NCBI GenBank assembly: GCA_016929645.1
Contig: JAFGIK010000026.1
Location: 14,288 to 78,287, forward strand
Source: Candidatus Dojkabacteria bacterium
GTDB lineage: Bacteria > Patescibacteriota > Dojkabacteria > SC72 > JAFGCJ01
DNA length: 64,000 nt
Direction of reading: 5' to 3'
Positions 30,783 to 41,426 of this stretch are shown here, one piece after another; position 1 is the stretch's first letter, and each line of letters begins with the position of its first letter. The notes beneath the pieces are model-generated. The model was not told the origin of the DNA. It saw nothing but the letters and a program-made list of their open reading frames with translations, and did not search any database. The translations under genes were made by a program, and so were the position numbers.

Positions 30783-32357
30783 TCAATTTTTCAAAAATTC
30801 AATTGCATCGTTCACAAACTTTTCGCATTTCTTAATACCAAGAACTTCCATACACTCAAACAATGGAGGGCTTTGATATCTTCCAGTAATTGCAACACGC
30901 AACGTCATAAACATATGTCCATGCTTCCAACCACATTCATCAGCATAGCCTCTAACAGCATTTTCCCATGTCTCATGCTGCCAACCTTGCTCTAAAACAG
31001 GCTTCAGTTTATCCCAAAGCCCAGATAAAATTTTAACCTTATCACCTTCTCCAAACTTATCAAAATCTTCTTTTATATAATTCAACTTATCATCATAAAA
31101 GAAATCTATTGCACCAGGAAGTTCAGCAAGGTAGACAAGCCTTTCATAGACAAGGTTTAATGCTTTTTTAAAATAATCGAAATCAGATTCCCATAGCGGA
31201 AGAAGTCTTGTTATTGAGTCTTTAAGCTCGTCTTCCCAAGCTTCGTGTTCATCAAACTTATCAGCGATAAACTCTGCAAGAACATAATTTTTTGCCCAAA
31301 ATACAACTTTTTCAGCAAGTACATCAATGCCTAATCTTCTTATATGCAACCCATTAAAGTGATCAAGCTTGTTTTGATCAAATTTTGCATTACTCTTCTT
31401 CATCCTTGTCACATCAAATAATTTGATCATATCTTCAAGAGTATAGAATTCATCCTCCCTTGCATCCTCGGGTTTTGGAGCCCAGCCACATAATACAAGA
31501 TAGTTAAGTACAGCTTCAGGAAGATAGCCTTTCCTCAGATAAGCGACACCAGGCATTGCTCCTTTTCTCTTACTGAGTTTCCCTTTACCATCTGGATTAA
31601 GAAGATGTGGAGTATGGACCCACTTTGGAGGTATCCAACCAAGAGATTCATACAGAAAAACATCCCGTGTCGTCTGAGTCAAATATTCTCGACCACGAAA
31701 AACGTGTGTTATACCCATATAATGATCATCAACAACCGATCCAAAATGATAGGTAGGAAAACCATCAGATTTCAACAAAATCATGTCATCAATTTCTTTG
31801 TTATTTACTCGGATTTTTCCATAAATCACATCTTCAAAAACAATAGAATCAGATAAAGGAAATTTCATCCTAACAACATATTTCTCACCAGCTTCAATTT
31901 TCTTTTTAACATCATCTGCAGATAAATCACGACAGTGCCTATCGTACATTGGCTTCTGGTGATTTTCTATCTGGCTCTGACGAAGCTTTTCAAGTCTTTC
32001 CTCTGGACAAAAACAATAATATGCAGCACCTTTTTCAACAAGCTCATTAGCATGCTTCTGATAAATATCAAGCCGTTGAGATTGAACATAAGGACCATAC
32101 TCACCTCCTTGTACAGGACCTTCATTAAAAGTTATACCATATAGTTTTAAAGTCTCAATAATAGCCTCAGTACCACCTTCAACATAACGCTTACGGTCAG
32201 TATCTTCTATCCGAAGAATATTTACTCCATCATTATGACGAGCCATAAGATAGTTATTTAAAAAAGTTCGAAGATTCCCGGTATGAACTCTCCCTGTCGG
32301 ACTTGGAGCAGCTCGAACACGTACACCTCGAGATTCCATAGAAGTTTTTTTATCCAT
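30783..32357 (-). CDS. gltX: Glutamate--tRNA ligase
   Basis: APSPTGRVHTGN, LRIEDTD, GPYVQSQR, AYYCFC, KLSKR. Confidence 0.97.
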   Translation of the reverse strand: MDKKTSMESRGVRVRAAPSPTGRVHTGNLRTFLNNYLMARHNDGVNILRIEDTDRKRYVEGGTEAIIETLKLYGITFNEGPVQGGEYGPYVQSQRLDIYQKHANELVEKGAAYYCFCPEERLEKLRQSQIENHQKPMYDRHCRDLSADDVKKKIEAGEKYVVRMKFPLSDSIVFEDVIYGKIRVNNKEIDDMILLKSDGFPTYHFGSVVDDHYMGITHVFRGREYLTQTTRDVFLYESLGWIPPKWVHTPHLLNPDGKGKLSKRKGAMPGVAYLRKGYLPEAVLNYLVLCGWAPKPEDAREDEFYTLEDMIKLFDVTRMKKSNAKFDQNKLDHFNGLHIRRLGIDVLAEKVVFWAKNYVLAEFIADKFDEHEAWEDELKDSITRLLPLWESDFDYFKKALNLVYERLVYLAELPGAIDFFYDDKLNYIKEDFDKFGEGDKVKILSGLWDKLKPVLEQGWQHETWENAVRGYADECGWKHGHMFMTLRVAITGRYQSPPLFECMEVLGIKKCEKFVNDAIEFLKN

Positions 32358-32506
32358 TTAAATCGAAAAAAAAATTAAAATGACACAACACCATCAATTA
32401 CTTGTATAATAGGCAGAAGTTTAGATCAAAAAGTGAACAGCAACAAACCGATAACATATAAAAAATTAGTATTGTTGCTACATTTCACAACTGATATTAT
32501 TATATC

Positions 32507-33784
32507 ATGACTTTAACAGAAGCTGCGGCATTCACAAAAAAATCTGTTTATTTTATAGGCATACCGTTTCTTGCAATTACCCTGGTATGGATTGTTTATC
32601 GTACGCTTGTTCCGAATTCAGATCTACCAGATAACTACATAACACCAGATTACATGTGTGGACCATTAGACACGATCACAATTGACTCGTTACCAGTATC
32701 CAAGTCAGACACAACTATATCAATCGAGACAACATCAGGAGCAATACCTGACTTACCAACAGTCGTTAATGTATTTGAATACGCCCACCCGGGAGCAAGT
32801 CTATCCGCACTCCAAGAATCCCAAATAATCGCTCAAAACCTCAATTTCGACATGGAAGCTTACACAAGACCAACAACTACAGAATATCAATGGACTGATA
32901 CTGATACAGCCAAAACACTAGTCGTTGAGACTGGAAACTTAAATTTCGACCTAAAAACAGATTTTTCCAATCCAAATGTAGAACTTAACTCAAAAACATT
33001 ACCATCAAGCACGGAGCGTGCAATAGAAATTGCCACAACTTACCTGCAGAGTAGAAGCCTATTAACACGAGATTATTATGATGGATATCAAAAGGCATAC
33101 TTAATCAAACTAACTGCAGATGGTCAAATGCGTGAAGCAACATCAATCTCAGAAGCCCAAATGATAAGGGTTGATTTCTTTCGAAAAAAAGACCTTATTA
33201 CAATAGACCCGACACTTGCGCAAACAGAACAAATCGGATCATCAATCCAAAACGAACTAGAAGACGATCAAACAACAACTGATCAAGGTTCAACAGATGT
33301 TAAAAAGTATACAACAGACATACTTAATGATAGTCCAATATTCGGAAATATTTCAGTTTACATAGGCGGTCAAATGGGAGAATATAATTCTGATTATCAA
33401 ATTCTCGGAATAAACTATGTTAATTGGTATCTTGCTGATCAACCTTGTGGTACCTATAAATTAATCAGTCCAGATGAAGCTGTTAAAAAAGTCCAGGATG
33501 GAGAGGCAGCACTTGTTAACTTAGTTGTAAAAAACGGTGATCATATTGCCCCTCACGAAAATAAGGTTGTAACAGATATGCTTATACTTGATGTCAGTCT
33601 TGACTATTATGATACAAAAGAAAAACAATATTATCTTCAGCCAATATACGTAATTAAAGGTGAAGCAGAACTTGATACAGGAGAGTTTGCTGATTTTTAT
33701 TATTATGTTCCGGCAATAGACTATGATTCAATTCCAGAAGATGCTGGAATCGCACCAGTCGAAGAAGAGACACAAAATCCCTAA
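32507..33784 (+). CDS. Hypothetical membrane-anchored protein
   Basis: Long ORF with N-terminal TM; C-terminal LDYYD...YLQPIYV...YYVPAI; no family recognised with confidence. Confidence 0.75.
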   Translation: MTLTEAAAFTKKSVYFIGIPFLAITLVWIVYRTLVPNSDLPDNYITPDYMCGPLDTITIDSLPVSKSDTTISIETTSGAIPDLPTVVNVFEYAHPGASLSALQESQIIAQNLNFDMEAYTRPTTTEYQWTDTDTAKTLVVETGNLNFDLKTDFSNPNVELNSKTLPSSTERAIEIATTYLQSRSLLTRDYYDGYQKAYLIKLTADGQMREATSISEAQMIRVDFFRKKDLITIDPTLAQTEQIGSSIQNELEDDQTTTDQGSTDVKKYTTDILNDSPIFGNISVYIGGQMGEYNSDYQILGINYVNWYLADQPCGTYKLISPDEAVKKVQDGEAALVNLVVKNGDHIAPHENKVVTDMLILDVSLDYYDTKEKQYYLQPIYVIKGEAELDTGEFADFYYYVPAIDYDSIPEDAGIAPVEEETQNP

Positions 33785-33861
33785 GATACTAAAAATATTC
33801 TTTTTAAGCCAAAATTCTGATAGGAATTCAAGAAGAAACACCATTTGTCAAAAGTATAAAC

Positions 33862-35211
33862 TTACTCACAACGATAGTTTTCTCTTACCCAGTTTATTAA
33901 TGTTTTCGATTCCTCATATCTATCCTCCGAATTCAAAACAATCGTTATAAAATCAGGATTATCATCAACATAGGTAACTAAACACAAACCAGCATTTTCA
34001 GTATAACCAGATTTCAAACCAATCACTCCATCGACCTCCCACAACAGATAATTCGTAGAATCAACAACCTCTTCACGACCATATGAAGTTGTCACTATAA
34101 CAGATGCTTTAGATACAGTCTCAGAAATGAAACTGTTTTTCATAGCAGTAACAGACAATACTGCAATATCCCTGAGACTTGAATACTGCTTATCGTTATC
34201 AAAGCCAATAGGGTTTTCAATCAAAGTATCTTTCATACCAAGATCCCTGGCCTTCTTATTCATAGCTTCAACAAAAGAATTCACACCTCCAGGATAATTC
34301 TGAGCAAGAACGTACATTGCATCATTTCTCGAGCCTACAAGCGCTGCAGACAACAATTCTCTAACAGAGAGTGTTTCACCAATCTCAATATCTAGACCAC
34401 TGCCTTGGGCGTCTACAGGCTCAAGAAGAGCAAGTTCCTGATCCATGTCATGATAGTACTCAAGTGCTACAAGAGAACTCAAAAGCTTAACAATACTTGC
34501 AAACGAGACCTTTTCGTTTTCGTTTTTCGATGCTATTACATCAAAATTATCAGCATAAAAAACAAAATAGCTTTGAGCATTAACCTCTGGGGTATCTGTG
34601 CCAACATTTTCGCAACGTGGGTGAAAATCTGGAAGAATACCCTCATCTACCAACAAAGGTTCTACTGGTGGTGTCAGCGGTCCAATGTATTCTCTGGAAG
34701 GTATGTTCTCAAAATATAGATAGGAGAGAATAGCTAATCCTAAAAATATTATAAATAACAATAAACTCCAGATAATTCCTCTTAAACTAGTATTTTTTGA
34801 TTTATCATTAATGGTTTCAGTCCCAGAACTTATTTCCTGATTATTCATCAACGCATTTTCTTCTTTATCTATAGGTGTTTGATTACTTTTCGTTTTAAGA
34901 TTTGTTTTAGCAATTGTTTTTTTATTTGTTTTGATATTTGTTTTAATAACTGATTTTTGAAGAGTTTTAATGGAAGCCGTTTCAATATCAGCACTAACTT
35001 CAGGATCACTCCAACTACGGTCCATATCACCATCTAGATTATCCTTTATATCATGAGAATCTTGACTTTCAGCTAAGTTTGTTTCATCTGCACTAAATGA
35101 AGACGCGGTCTTTGTCGATTTCTGATCTGCCCCATCATCTTCAATATTAGCCTTAATACGACTAATAAGGTCTTTTTTACTTTGTCTATTAAATCCTCCG
35201 TCAGCTGGCAT
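33862..35211 (-). CDS. D-alanyl-D-alanine carboxypeptidase (peptidase S11) with disordered N-terminus and TM
   Basis: SIVK (SxxK), SRN (SxN), KSGYT (KTG-like). Confidence 0.88.
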   Translation of the reverse strand: MPADGGFNRQSKKDLISRIKANIEDDGADQKSTKTASSFSADETNLAESQDSHDIKDNLDGDMDRSWSDPEVSADIETASIKTLQKSVIKTNIKTNKKTIAKTNLKTKSNQTPIDKEENALMNNQEISSGTETINDKSKNTSLRGIIWSLLLFIIFLGLAILSYLYFENIPSREYIGPLTPPVEPLLVDEGILPDFHPRCENVGTDTPEVNAQSYFVFYADNFDVIASKNENEKVSFASIVKLLSSLVALEYYHDMDQELALLEPVDAQGSGLDIEIGETLSVRELLSAALVGSRNDAMYVLAQNYPGGVNSFVEAMNKKARDLGMKDTLIENPIGFDNDKQYSSLRDIAVLSVTAMKNSFISETVSKASVIVTTSYGREEVVDSTNYLLWEVDGVIGLKSGYTENAGLCLVTYVDDNPDFITIVLNSEDRYEESKTLINWVRENYRCE

Positions 35212-35343
35212 TAAGTAATATTTAATAAATAACTAGTGTATATATTAATAAAAATGAAAGGATATGGCTAATAAAGATAATAATCTTACCATAACAATGT
35301 TTCGGTAAAATTCAAAAGGATCTGGCTGGTTAATGGAGTCAAA

Positions 35344-35384
35344 TTATGGTGGCAAGTTTTGTTAAACAAAACTTGCCACCATAA
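35344..35384. terminator. Perfect 20-bp inverted repeat downstream of aspS; probable terminator
   Basis: ttatggtggcaagttttgtt-a-aacaaaacttgccaccataa, just past the aspS stop. Confidence 0.7.
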
Positions 35385-35407
35385 AACAATATCCGAACCC
35401 AACAACA

Positions 35408-37300
35408 TTACTGTTTAAAATCAGAATCCTTGGATACCGGATTTGGCTCTGCGATCTTTATTAAATCCGACGCCTTCATGATTATTGATCTATCACGTCT
35501 ACCAGCATTAAACGCTACCTTTTCCTTTTCCCAGAAAGATTTATCAATATATGTCTCAATCTCGAACAATTTTCCAAAAGGTGGAACAGCTCCAACTTTT
35601 ACCCCAAGCTCTGACTCAACAAACTCAGGGTCAGCAAACTTAAGCTTTTCGCCTACAACAGCAGAAGCTTTTTTCATATCAAGCTTCTTATCCGCAGGTA
35701 TACAGACCATAACAAGGCCTCCATCAGGTTTGGTCAAAATCATCGCTTTTGGTGCAATATCCATAGGGGTATTTCGCACTTCAGCCGCCTCTTCCGAAGT
35801 TTTTACAGATCGATGTTCGATTACTTCATATTTAACATCCTCAGAATCAAGCAATCTTTTCAATCTGACAAAAATCACATCACTTTCCTCACCTATATTA
35901 ACAGCCAATCCTAATTCTTTTAGGTGGTCGGGATTTGCAATAGATGGTGCATCCATAACAGATGTTCTACCACGTCTTGTCATTGGAAAGGCAATTGTTT
36001 CTTTTAGAGATTGCTCATTTGCAAGAAGCATGATAATTCTATCAACACCCAGAGCTAATCCTCCATGAGGTGGGGTTCCGAGTTCAAAGGCCTTTACCAT
36101 ATGTCCGATAGCTTTCATCATATCTTCCTCAGAATATCCCATTATCTTGTAAGTCGCTTTCAATACTTCAGGATCATGCGCACGGATACTTCCACCACCT
36201 ACTTCAAGACCATTACAAACAAGGTCATACTGAGTTGTCATTATTTTATCAATATTTTCACCTTTTAAGTGCCATTCTATATGCTCATCAACTGGTTTGC
36301 TAAATGGGTTATGAGTAAATACCCAGCCACTTCTACTTTCTTCAACTTCACTTGCGTCCTTTCGGTCAACTTTCTTGAAAAAAGGAAACTTCACAACCCA
36401 AGCAAATGCAAGTACATTAGCTTTTTTCTCCTCTTCTGTTCTTAGATCAAACTTATCTGCACCATATTTTTTTATCGCTTCATCATAAGGAATTACAGGG
36501 AATGGATCTTCTTTCAATTTAGATCCAACAGCTTTTACAGCCGCTTTGACAGAATTTTCAACAGCACTCATAACCTCAGATTCATTAACAAAACTCATTT
36601 CTAAATCAAGTTGTGTAAATTCGAATCCTCGATCAAACTTCAAATCTTCATCTCGAATACATCTGGCTAACTGAAAATATCTATCTACACCAGCAGTCAT
36701 AAGTAGTTGTTTGTATTGTTGCGGGCTTTGAGGCAAGGCATAAAATTTGCCGGGAGCCATCCTTGATGGGACAAGGAAATTTCGAGCTCCCTCAGATGTT
36801 CCCATAGACAGAAGTGGGGTCTCTACTTCTGTAAAATCCTGTTCAAAAAAACCTTCTCTTAATGATCTAACAAAATTTGACCTCATAACGAGAATATTGT
36901 GCATTCGTTCTCTTCGTAAATCCAGATATCGATATTTCAACCTTAATTCTTCATCGATTTCATACCCATCACTTTTTACAGGAATTGGTAGTTCTTTGCA
37001 TTTATTAAGAACTTTATATTCAGAGACATCGATTTCAATTGTTCCTGTAACTAAATCCTTATTGACACTGTTTTCTGGTCTTTTATTTACTTTTCCAATA
37101 ATTTCAATAACTGATTCATCAGAAAGCTTATCCCCTTTTTTAGTAATAACACATTGGATAATACCTAACTTATCCCGAAGATCAACAAAAGTTACACGTC
37201 CATGATCACGCAGTGTATCAACCCATCCTTGTAGTTTTATAGTTTCTCCAACTTTCTCATTTGCTTGTGCAGTAAGAGTTCTTGATAAATTTGGATTCAT
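35408..37300 (-). CDS. aspS: Aspartate--tRNA ligase lacking the GAD domain, fused to a C-terminal YbaK/ProX-like domain
   Basis: RDHG, RLKYRYLDLR, EGARNFLVPSR, LPQSPQQYKQLLM, EFTQLDLE, PPHGGLALG; then EHRSVKTSEEAA..KAMI..GAVPPFG. Confidence 0.93.
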   Translation of the reverse strand: MNPNLSRTLTAQANEKVGETIKLQGWVDTLRDHGRVTFVDLRDKLGIIQCVITKKGDKLSDESVIEIIGKVNKRPENSVNKDLVTGTIEIDVSEYKVLNKCKELPIPVKSDGYEIDEELRLKYRYLDLRRERMHNILVMRSNFVRSLREGFFEQDFTEVETPLLSMGTSEGARNFLVPSRMAPGKFYALPQSPQQYKQLLMTAGVDRYFQLARCIRDEDLKFDRGFEFTQLDLEMSFVNESEVMSAVENSVKAAVKAVGSKLKEDPFPVIPYDEAIKKYGADKFDLRTEEEKKANVLAFAWVVKFPFFKKVDRKDASEVEESRSGWVFTHNPFSKPVDEHIEWHLKGENIDKIMTTQYDLVCNGLEVGGGSIRAHDPEVLKATYKIMGYSEEDMMKAIGHMVKAFELGTPPHGGLALGVDRIIMLLANEQSLKETIAFPMTRRGRTSVMDAPSIANPDHLKELGLAVNIGEESDVIFVRLKRLLDSEDVKYEVIEHRSVKTSEEAAEVRNTPMDIAPKAMILTKPDGGLVMVCIPADKKLDMKKASAVVGEKLKFADPEFVESELGVKVGAVPPFGKLFEIETYIDKSFWEKEKVAFNAGRRDRSIIMKASDLIKIAEPNPVSKDSDFKQ

Positions 37301-37346
37301 GAATTTTTAATTAAAAATTATTTTCATAAAAGATAGCAACCTGATT

Positions 37347-37515
37347 AAAAAAAAAAGTCGTCTTTTTTGATAGCAATTACTATCAAAAAGGACGACTTTG
37401 TCGTGGTGCCACCTTTATTCCTTCAAAAGTTTTACCTCTATGAAGCTCTAATAACAAATATCTAACATGTCACGTAAATTTTGTGAGCTTGCACCGTCCT
37501 CACTCGCTTAAGATT
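37347..37515 (-). promoter_or_regulatory. T-box riboswitch with terminator upstream of aspS
   Basis: Minus strand AAGGTGGCACCACG (37402-37415) followed by a long terminator hairpin and U-tract (37347-37399); upstream AGCGA...GGTGCAAG stem-I-like motifs. Confidence 0.85.
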
Positions 37516-37569
37516 GATTATATCACAAAGTTCATGTCACTCCATACAAAACAGATAAAAATCTAATCC

Positions 37570-39291
37570 TTATGATTCTTCTTCAAATTTCCTAATGTCT
37601 TCAACTCTAAATTGTAGATTTTTTTCACCATTCCACTCGTTTGACTCGAGGTAGCCAACCATATCAACTCGATCACCACTTACCAACTGATCGAACCAAA
37701 ACCCACCATTAAAATATATACATGAAAGCATCCCTGAGTTATGACCCCGGACAAGTAGTTTTAAATGATTATTTTCCTTGCCAAGAAGCTTAGAACTAAT
37801 TATCACTGCATCATTAATCCAGAATACTGGTTTACGATTTCCATAACCAAAAGGTTTTAACATTTCACAAACATCAAGAATTTCCCACTCAAGATCTCCT
37901 ACATCAACAATCACATCAGCAGAAATCTCTTTTACAAAGTTTTCTTCTGTAAGTTCTTTTTCTGCATAAGCTTGTAATTTAGTCTTAAATATTTCCAGAT
38001 TTTTCTCAGACAAAGTAAACCCTGCTGCTTGATTATGACCTCCATAACGATCAAGGAATTCACTATTCTCTTCAATTGCATTGATAATACTAAATCCATT
38101 GATACTTCTTGCTGAACCTTTCACCTCTTTGCCTGTATTTGTTGCAACAATAACAGGACGATTATATTGTTCCTGCAATTTTCCAGCAACAATCCCAATT
38201 ATCCCTTCTGGCCAATCATTGCCACATGCAAAATATAGATGCTTGCCAAGACCATCACGCTCAACAAGAGCTCTCGATTCATTAAAAATCTCCTCTGTAA
38301 TTTTTTGCCGCTCAGTATTAAGCTGTCCAAGCTTCATGGCAATTGTTCTTGCCGTAGAATCTTTTTTTGTAACAAACAAACGAAGGGCATCTGTCGCATC
38401 ACCCATCCGTCCAGCTGCATTAATTCGTGGACCAAGAATATATCCCATTGTACCCGTAGTAATTTCTTCTGGAGTTACACCCGATTGCTCTGCTAACATG
38501 CGAAATCCAATACTAGGATTTTTGTTAACTTTCTTAATACCCTCGTTGACTAAAACTCGATTTTGCCCAGAAATAGGCATCAAATCGCAAACTATAGAAA
38601 AAGCAACAAGATCTATACCGGAAACTTTTTCGAATTTGAAATTATCTGGATCTCTTAACTTTTCAAGTGCACAAACAAGATACCAGGCAACAGCAGCACC
38701 AGACAAATAAGGATTAGAAAAGTTCTTGTCAGGATACAACGGATGTACAATCGGAACGTTTTTCGGAAGTTTTTTACCTGGTTCATGATGGTCAGTTATA
38801 ACAAAATCCAATTTTCGCTCCGAATTTTTAGTACTCGAGTACTTATTAATCGTTTCAACATCTCGAATACCACAGTCAACAGTTATTACCAGTTCAGCTT
38901 TTTTGTTAATTAGTTTTTGAATGCTCCCCTCAGTAATTCCATAACCATCATCAGTTCTTGTAGGAATAAAAGGCAAAACTTTAGCTTGTCTTTCATTATA
39001 AAGATAATTCCATAAAATCGCTGTTGCACATACACCATCAACATCATAATCCCCATGAATAAAGATTCTTTTTTGTTCTTTTATTGCTTTTTCAATACTT
39101 TCTGCAGCTAATTTCACATCAAAAAGATTAAGCGGATCATCAAGTTGATCAATGACAGGATTCAGAAATAACTTTGCTTCGGAAAGCCTTCTAAAACCCC
39201 GATTAAACAAGAGTTGACGTAAAATCGGATTAAATTCAGATAATTCAGCATCAACCTCATCAGTAATTTTCACAGGCTCAACCCAATTCAT
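37570..39291 (-). CDS. recJ: ssDNA exonuclease RecJ
   Basis: GDYDVDG, ITVDCG, TDHH, PRINAAGR, GSARS, GGH..AAG, PFGYGN. Confidence 0.96.
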   Translation of the reverse strand: MNWVEPVKITDEVDAELSEFNPILRQLLFNRGFRRLSEAKLFLNPVIDQLDDPLNLFDVKLAAESIEKAIKEQKRIFIHGDYDVDGVCATAILWNYLYNERQAKVLPFIPTRTDDGYGITEGSIQKLINKKAELVITVDCGIRDVETINKYSSTKNSERKLDFVITDHHEPGKKLPKNVPIVHPLYPDKNFSNPYLSGAAVAWYLVCALEKLRDPDNFKFEKVSGIDLVAFSIVCDLMPISGQNRVLVNEGIKKVNKNPSIGFRMLAEQSGVTPEEITTGTMGYILGPRINAAGRMGDATDALRLFVTKKDSTARTIAMKLGQLNTERQKITEEIFNESRALVERDGLGKHLYFACGNDWPEGIIGIVAGKLQEQYNRPVIVATNTGKEVKGSARSINGFSIINAIEENSEFLDRYGGHNQAAGFTLSEKNLEIFKTKLQAYAEKELTEENFVKEISADVIVDVGDLEWEILDVCEMLKPFGYGNRKPVFWINDAVIISSKLLGKENNHLKLLVRGHNSGMLSCIYFNGGFWFDQLVSGDRVDMVGYLESNEWNGEKNLQFRVEDIRKFEEES

Positions 39292-39314
39292 TGGAAATTG
39301 TTAACAGATTTTAG

Positions 39315-40004
39315 TTATTGTTCTATCTTATCAGAATATTTTTGTAAAATATAATCAATTGAATCCCAACTGAAACCTCGATACTGAAGCCTACTTATTA
39401 ACTTTTGTTTTTTAATGGCCTTATTTTTCGCAATCTTTAAGTATACCTCTTCAGCAAGTTCATTTTCTGTCGTACCTTCGGATTTTAGCGACTCAATAAT
39501 CTCATTAGAAATTCCTTTTTGTCCAAGTTCAAATTGAATTGCATTCCAACCTCTTTTACTACTTTGCTGTCTACTTGACACTAACCACTTTGCAAAATCC
39601 TCATCATCAAGATATTTTCGCTCTTTCAGCTTGCTAATAACTCTTTCTATAATATTTTGTTTTACCTCATTATCCTTAAACTCCTCCACATTAACAGAAC
39701 TCTTAGAAAGAGTCCTAGATTTGACAATATTTTGCAAAATCCTGGGATAAACCTGTATTAGATGGTATCTTAACTCTTTTTCAGAATGTGGTCTGCGAGC
39801 AATTTTCTCAACAGCCCTGTTAAGCAACAAGACAGAAATTTCTTCAACAAATATTTTATGAATATCATCCGAGGAAATATTATATCCTTTGTAAAGATTG
39901 AAACTTGAAAATACGGACAAAGAGATCCCGCAGAAAAATTCACCATCAATAAAAATATTAACTCTATCTTTATTCTTCTGCGATGTGATCTCTGTTATTC
40001 GCAC
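39315..40004 (-). CDS. recX: Regulatory protein RecX
   Basis: RVNIFIDGEF, RPHSEKEL, YLDDEDFA, LQYRGF; near recA; GTG start. Confidence 0.9.
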   Translation of the reverse strand: MRITEITSQKNKDRVNIFIDGEFFCGISLSVFSSFNLYKGYNISSDDIHKIFVEEISVLLLNRAVEKIARRPHSEKELRYHLIQVYPRILQNIVKSRTLSKSSVNVEEFKDNEVKQNIIERVISKLKERKYLDDEDFAKWLVSSRQQSSKRGWNAIQFELGQKGISNEIIESLKSEGTTENELAEEVYLKIAKNKAIKKQKLISRLQYRGFSWDSIDYILQKYSDKIEQ

Positions 40005-40024
40005 ATTTATAATTGGTCTATGAT

Positions 40025-41128
40025 TTAGACACTAAGCACATAGTAAAGATTAACACCATAACTTTCTTCATCAGTGATAATACCAAGTTTGTCAAAAATT
40101 GCTGCCTTATATGAATACATACTTCCCCAGAAACCACTATACGTATACTCAAAAACAGTCATACCATCACTTCCTGCAAGATCTTCTGCAACAGCAATCG
40201 CATCCTCCATTGTACCAACCTCATCTACTAGTCCATTATCATATGCCTGGGTCCCAGTATAAATACGTCCATCAGCAAGTTCATAAACTGTATCACGATC
40301 CATATCTCTTCCATCAACGATAGCATTAACAAACTGTTCATACGATTCATCAACAATCTCTTGAAAGATTTCATCACCTTCAGCAGCTTTATCGTCCTGA
40401 TTAAACACAACGTTTGAATCTTTAAAATTACCAGAAGTATAAACCTTACTCTCTATTCCAAGCTTATCGTATAATCCATCCATACTTTGAAGTTCCATTA
40501 TTACACCAATACTTCCTGTCAAGGAAGCGGGATGAGCAACAATTTTGTCAGATCCTGCTGCTATATAATAACCACCAGATGCACCCATACTCGAAATCCA
40601 TGTAATTACAGGTTTCTTTTCTGATGCTTCTGAAACAGCTCTGTAGATCAAGTCACTTGCAACAACTTCACCGCCAGGAGTATTCATATTCAAAATAATT
40701 GCTTTCACACTATCATCTTCAAGAGCCATATTTAGTTCGCTTTCTACTCGGTCAGGAGTAACACCACTAGAAGAAAACAGTGAGCTTGAATCATCCATTC
40801 CAATAACCCCTTCAATATTTATTACAGCAATTTTATCCTCAGATCCTTCATAAAGTACATTTTCATTGGCACTTGTCGATAAATCTCCACTCGCAGAAGC
40901 TAATAATACAATAAAGGCGATAAATGCCCCACCAATAAGTAAAAGTAAGCCACAACCAATACCACCCACAATCAAGCAACCTTTGTTTGATTTTTTAGGT
41001 GCCTCACTTGATACTGGAATTGAAGCATTAACCGTACCACTTTGATTACTACTGGTAGTAGATTTTTCTACCTCGACAGATTCACCAGCATTCAAAGATT
41101 TAGATTCTTTTTCTTTATCCATCTGCAT
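40025..41128 (-). CDS. sppA: Signal peptide peptidase SppA (S49, 36K type)
   Basis: NTPGG, ASGGYYIA, GSIGV, ADGRIYTG..A..GLVD. Confidence 0.93.
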   Translation of the reverse strand: MQMDKEKESKSLNAGESVEVEKSTTSSNQSGTVNASIPVSSEAPKKSNKGCLIVGGIGCGLLLLIGGAFIAFIVLLASASGDLSTSANENVLYEGSEDKIAVINIEGVIGMDDSSSLFSSSGVTPDRVESELNMALEDDSVKAIILNMNTPGGEVVASDLIYRAVSEASEKKPVITWISSMGASGGYYIAAGSDKIVAHPASLTGSIGVIMELQSMDGLYDKLGIESKVYTSGNFKDSNVVFNQDDKAAEGDEIFQEIVDESYEQFVNAIVDGRDMDRDTVYELADGRIYTGTQAYDNGLVDEVGTMEDAIAVAEDLAGSDGMTVFEYTYSGFWGSMYSYKAAIFDKLGIITDEESYGVNLYYVLSV

Positions 41129-41311
41129 AAAATCGATCCTCTAAACTAATTTTAATGAAAGCATCATGAAAATATTGCTATCTGATATATCATAAGTCAT
41201 GTCCTGACTAATAGCGAAATAAGAGCAGATATCAAGACACTTTGATGCCGACACATCATCCACTAACAGTGGACTGGCTTCATACATTAATTAAGAAACC
41301 AATGTCATAAT

Positions 41312-41340
41312 AGTATAATCAAAATTAGCAGAATTTGTAA
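41312..41340 (-). promoter_or_regulatory. Putative sigma70 promoter about 180 nt upstream of sppA
   Basis: Minus strand TTACAA-N17-TATACT. Confidence 0.4.
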
Positions 41341-41426
41341 AGTAAGACTCAACCTTAGATATAAATATTGAATCTTAATTCTTCAGATAATTTTTTGATA
41401 CAATCACAATTTTAGATTTTGTAGAT

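Noticed and set aside
35344-35384. MITE or REP element for the 20-bp palindrome
   Set aside because: Single copy in the window and positioned right after the aspS stop; a terminator is sufficient explanation.
35430-38710. Long plus-strand ORFs 35430-36068, 36747-37205 and 38081-38710
   Set aside because: Antisense shadows of aspS and recJ; the same applies to the many short opposite-strand ORFs across the track.
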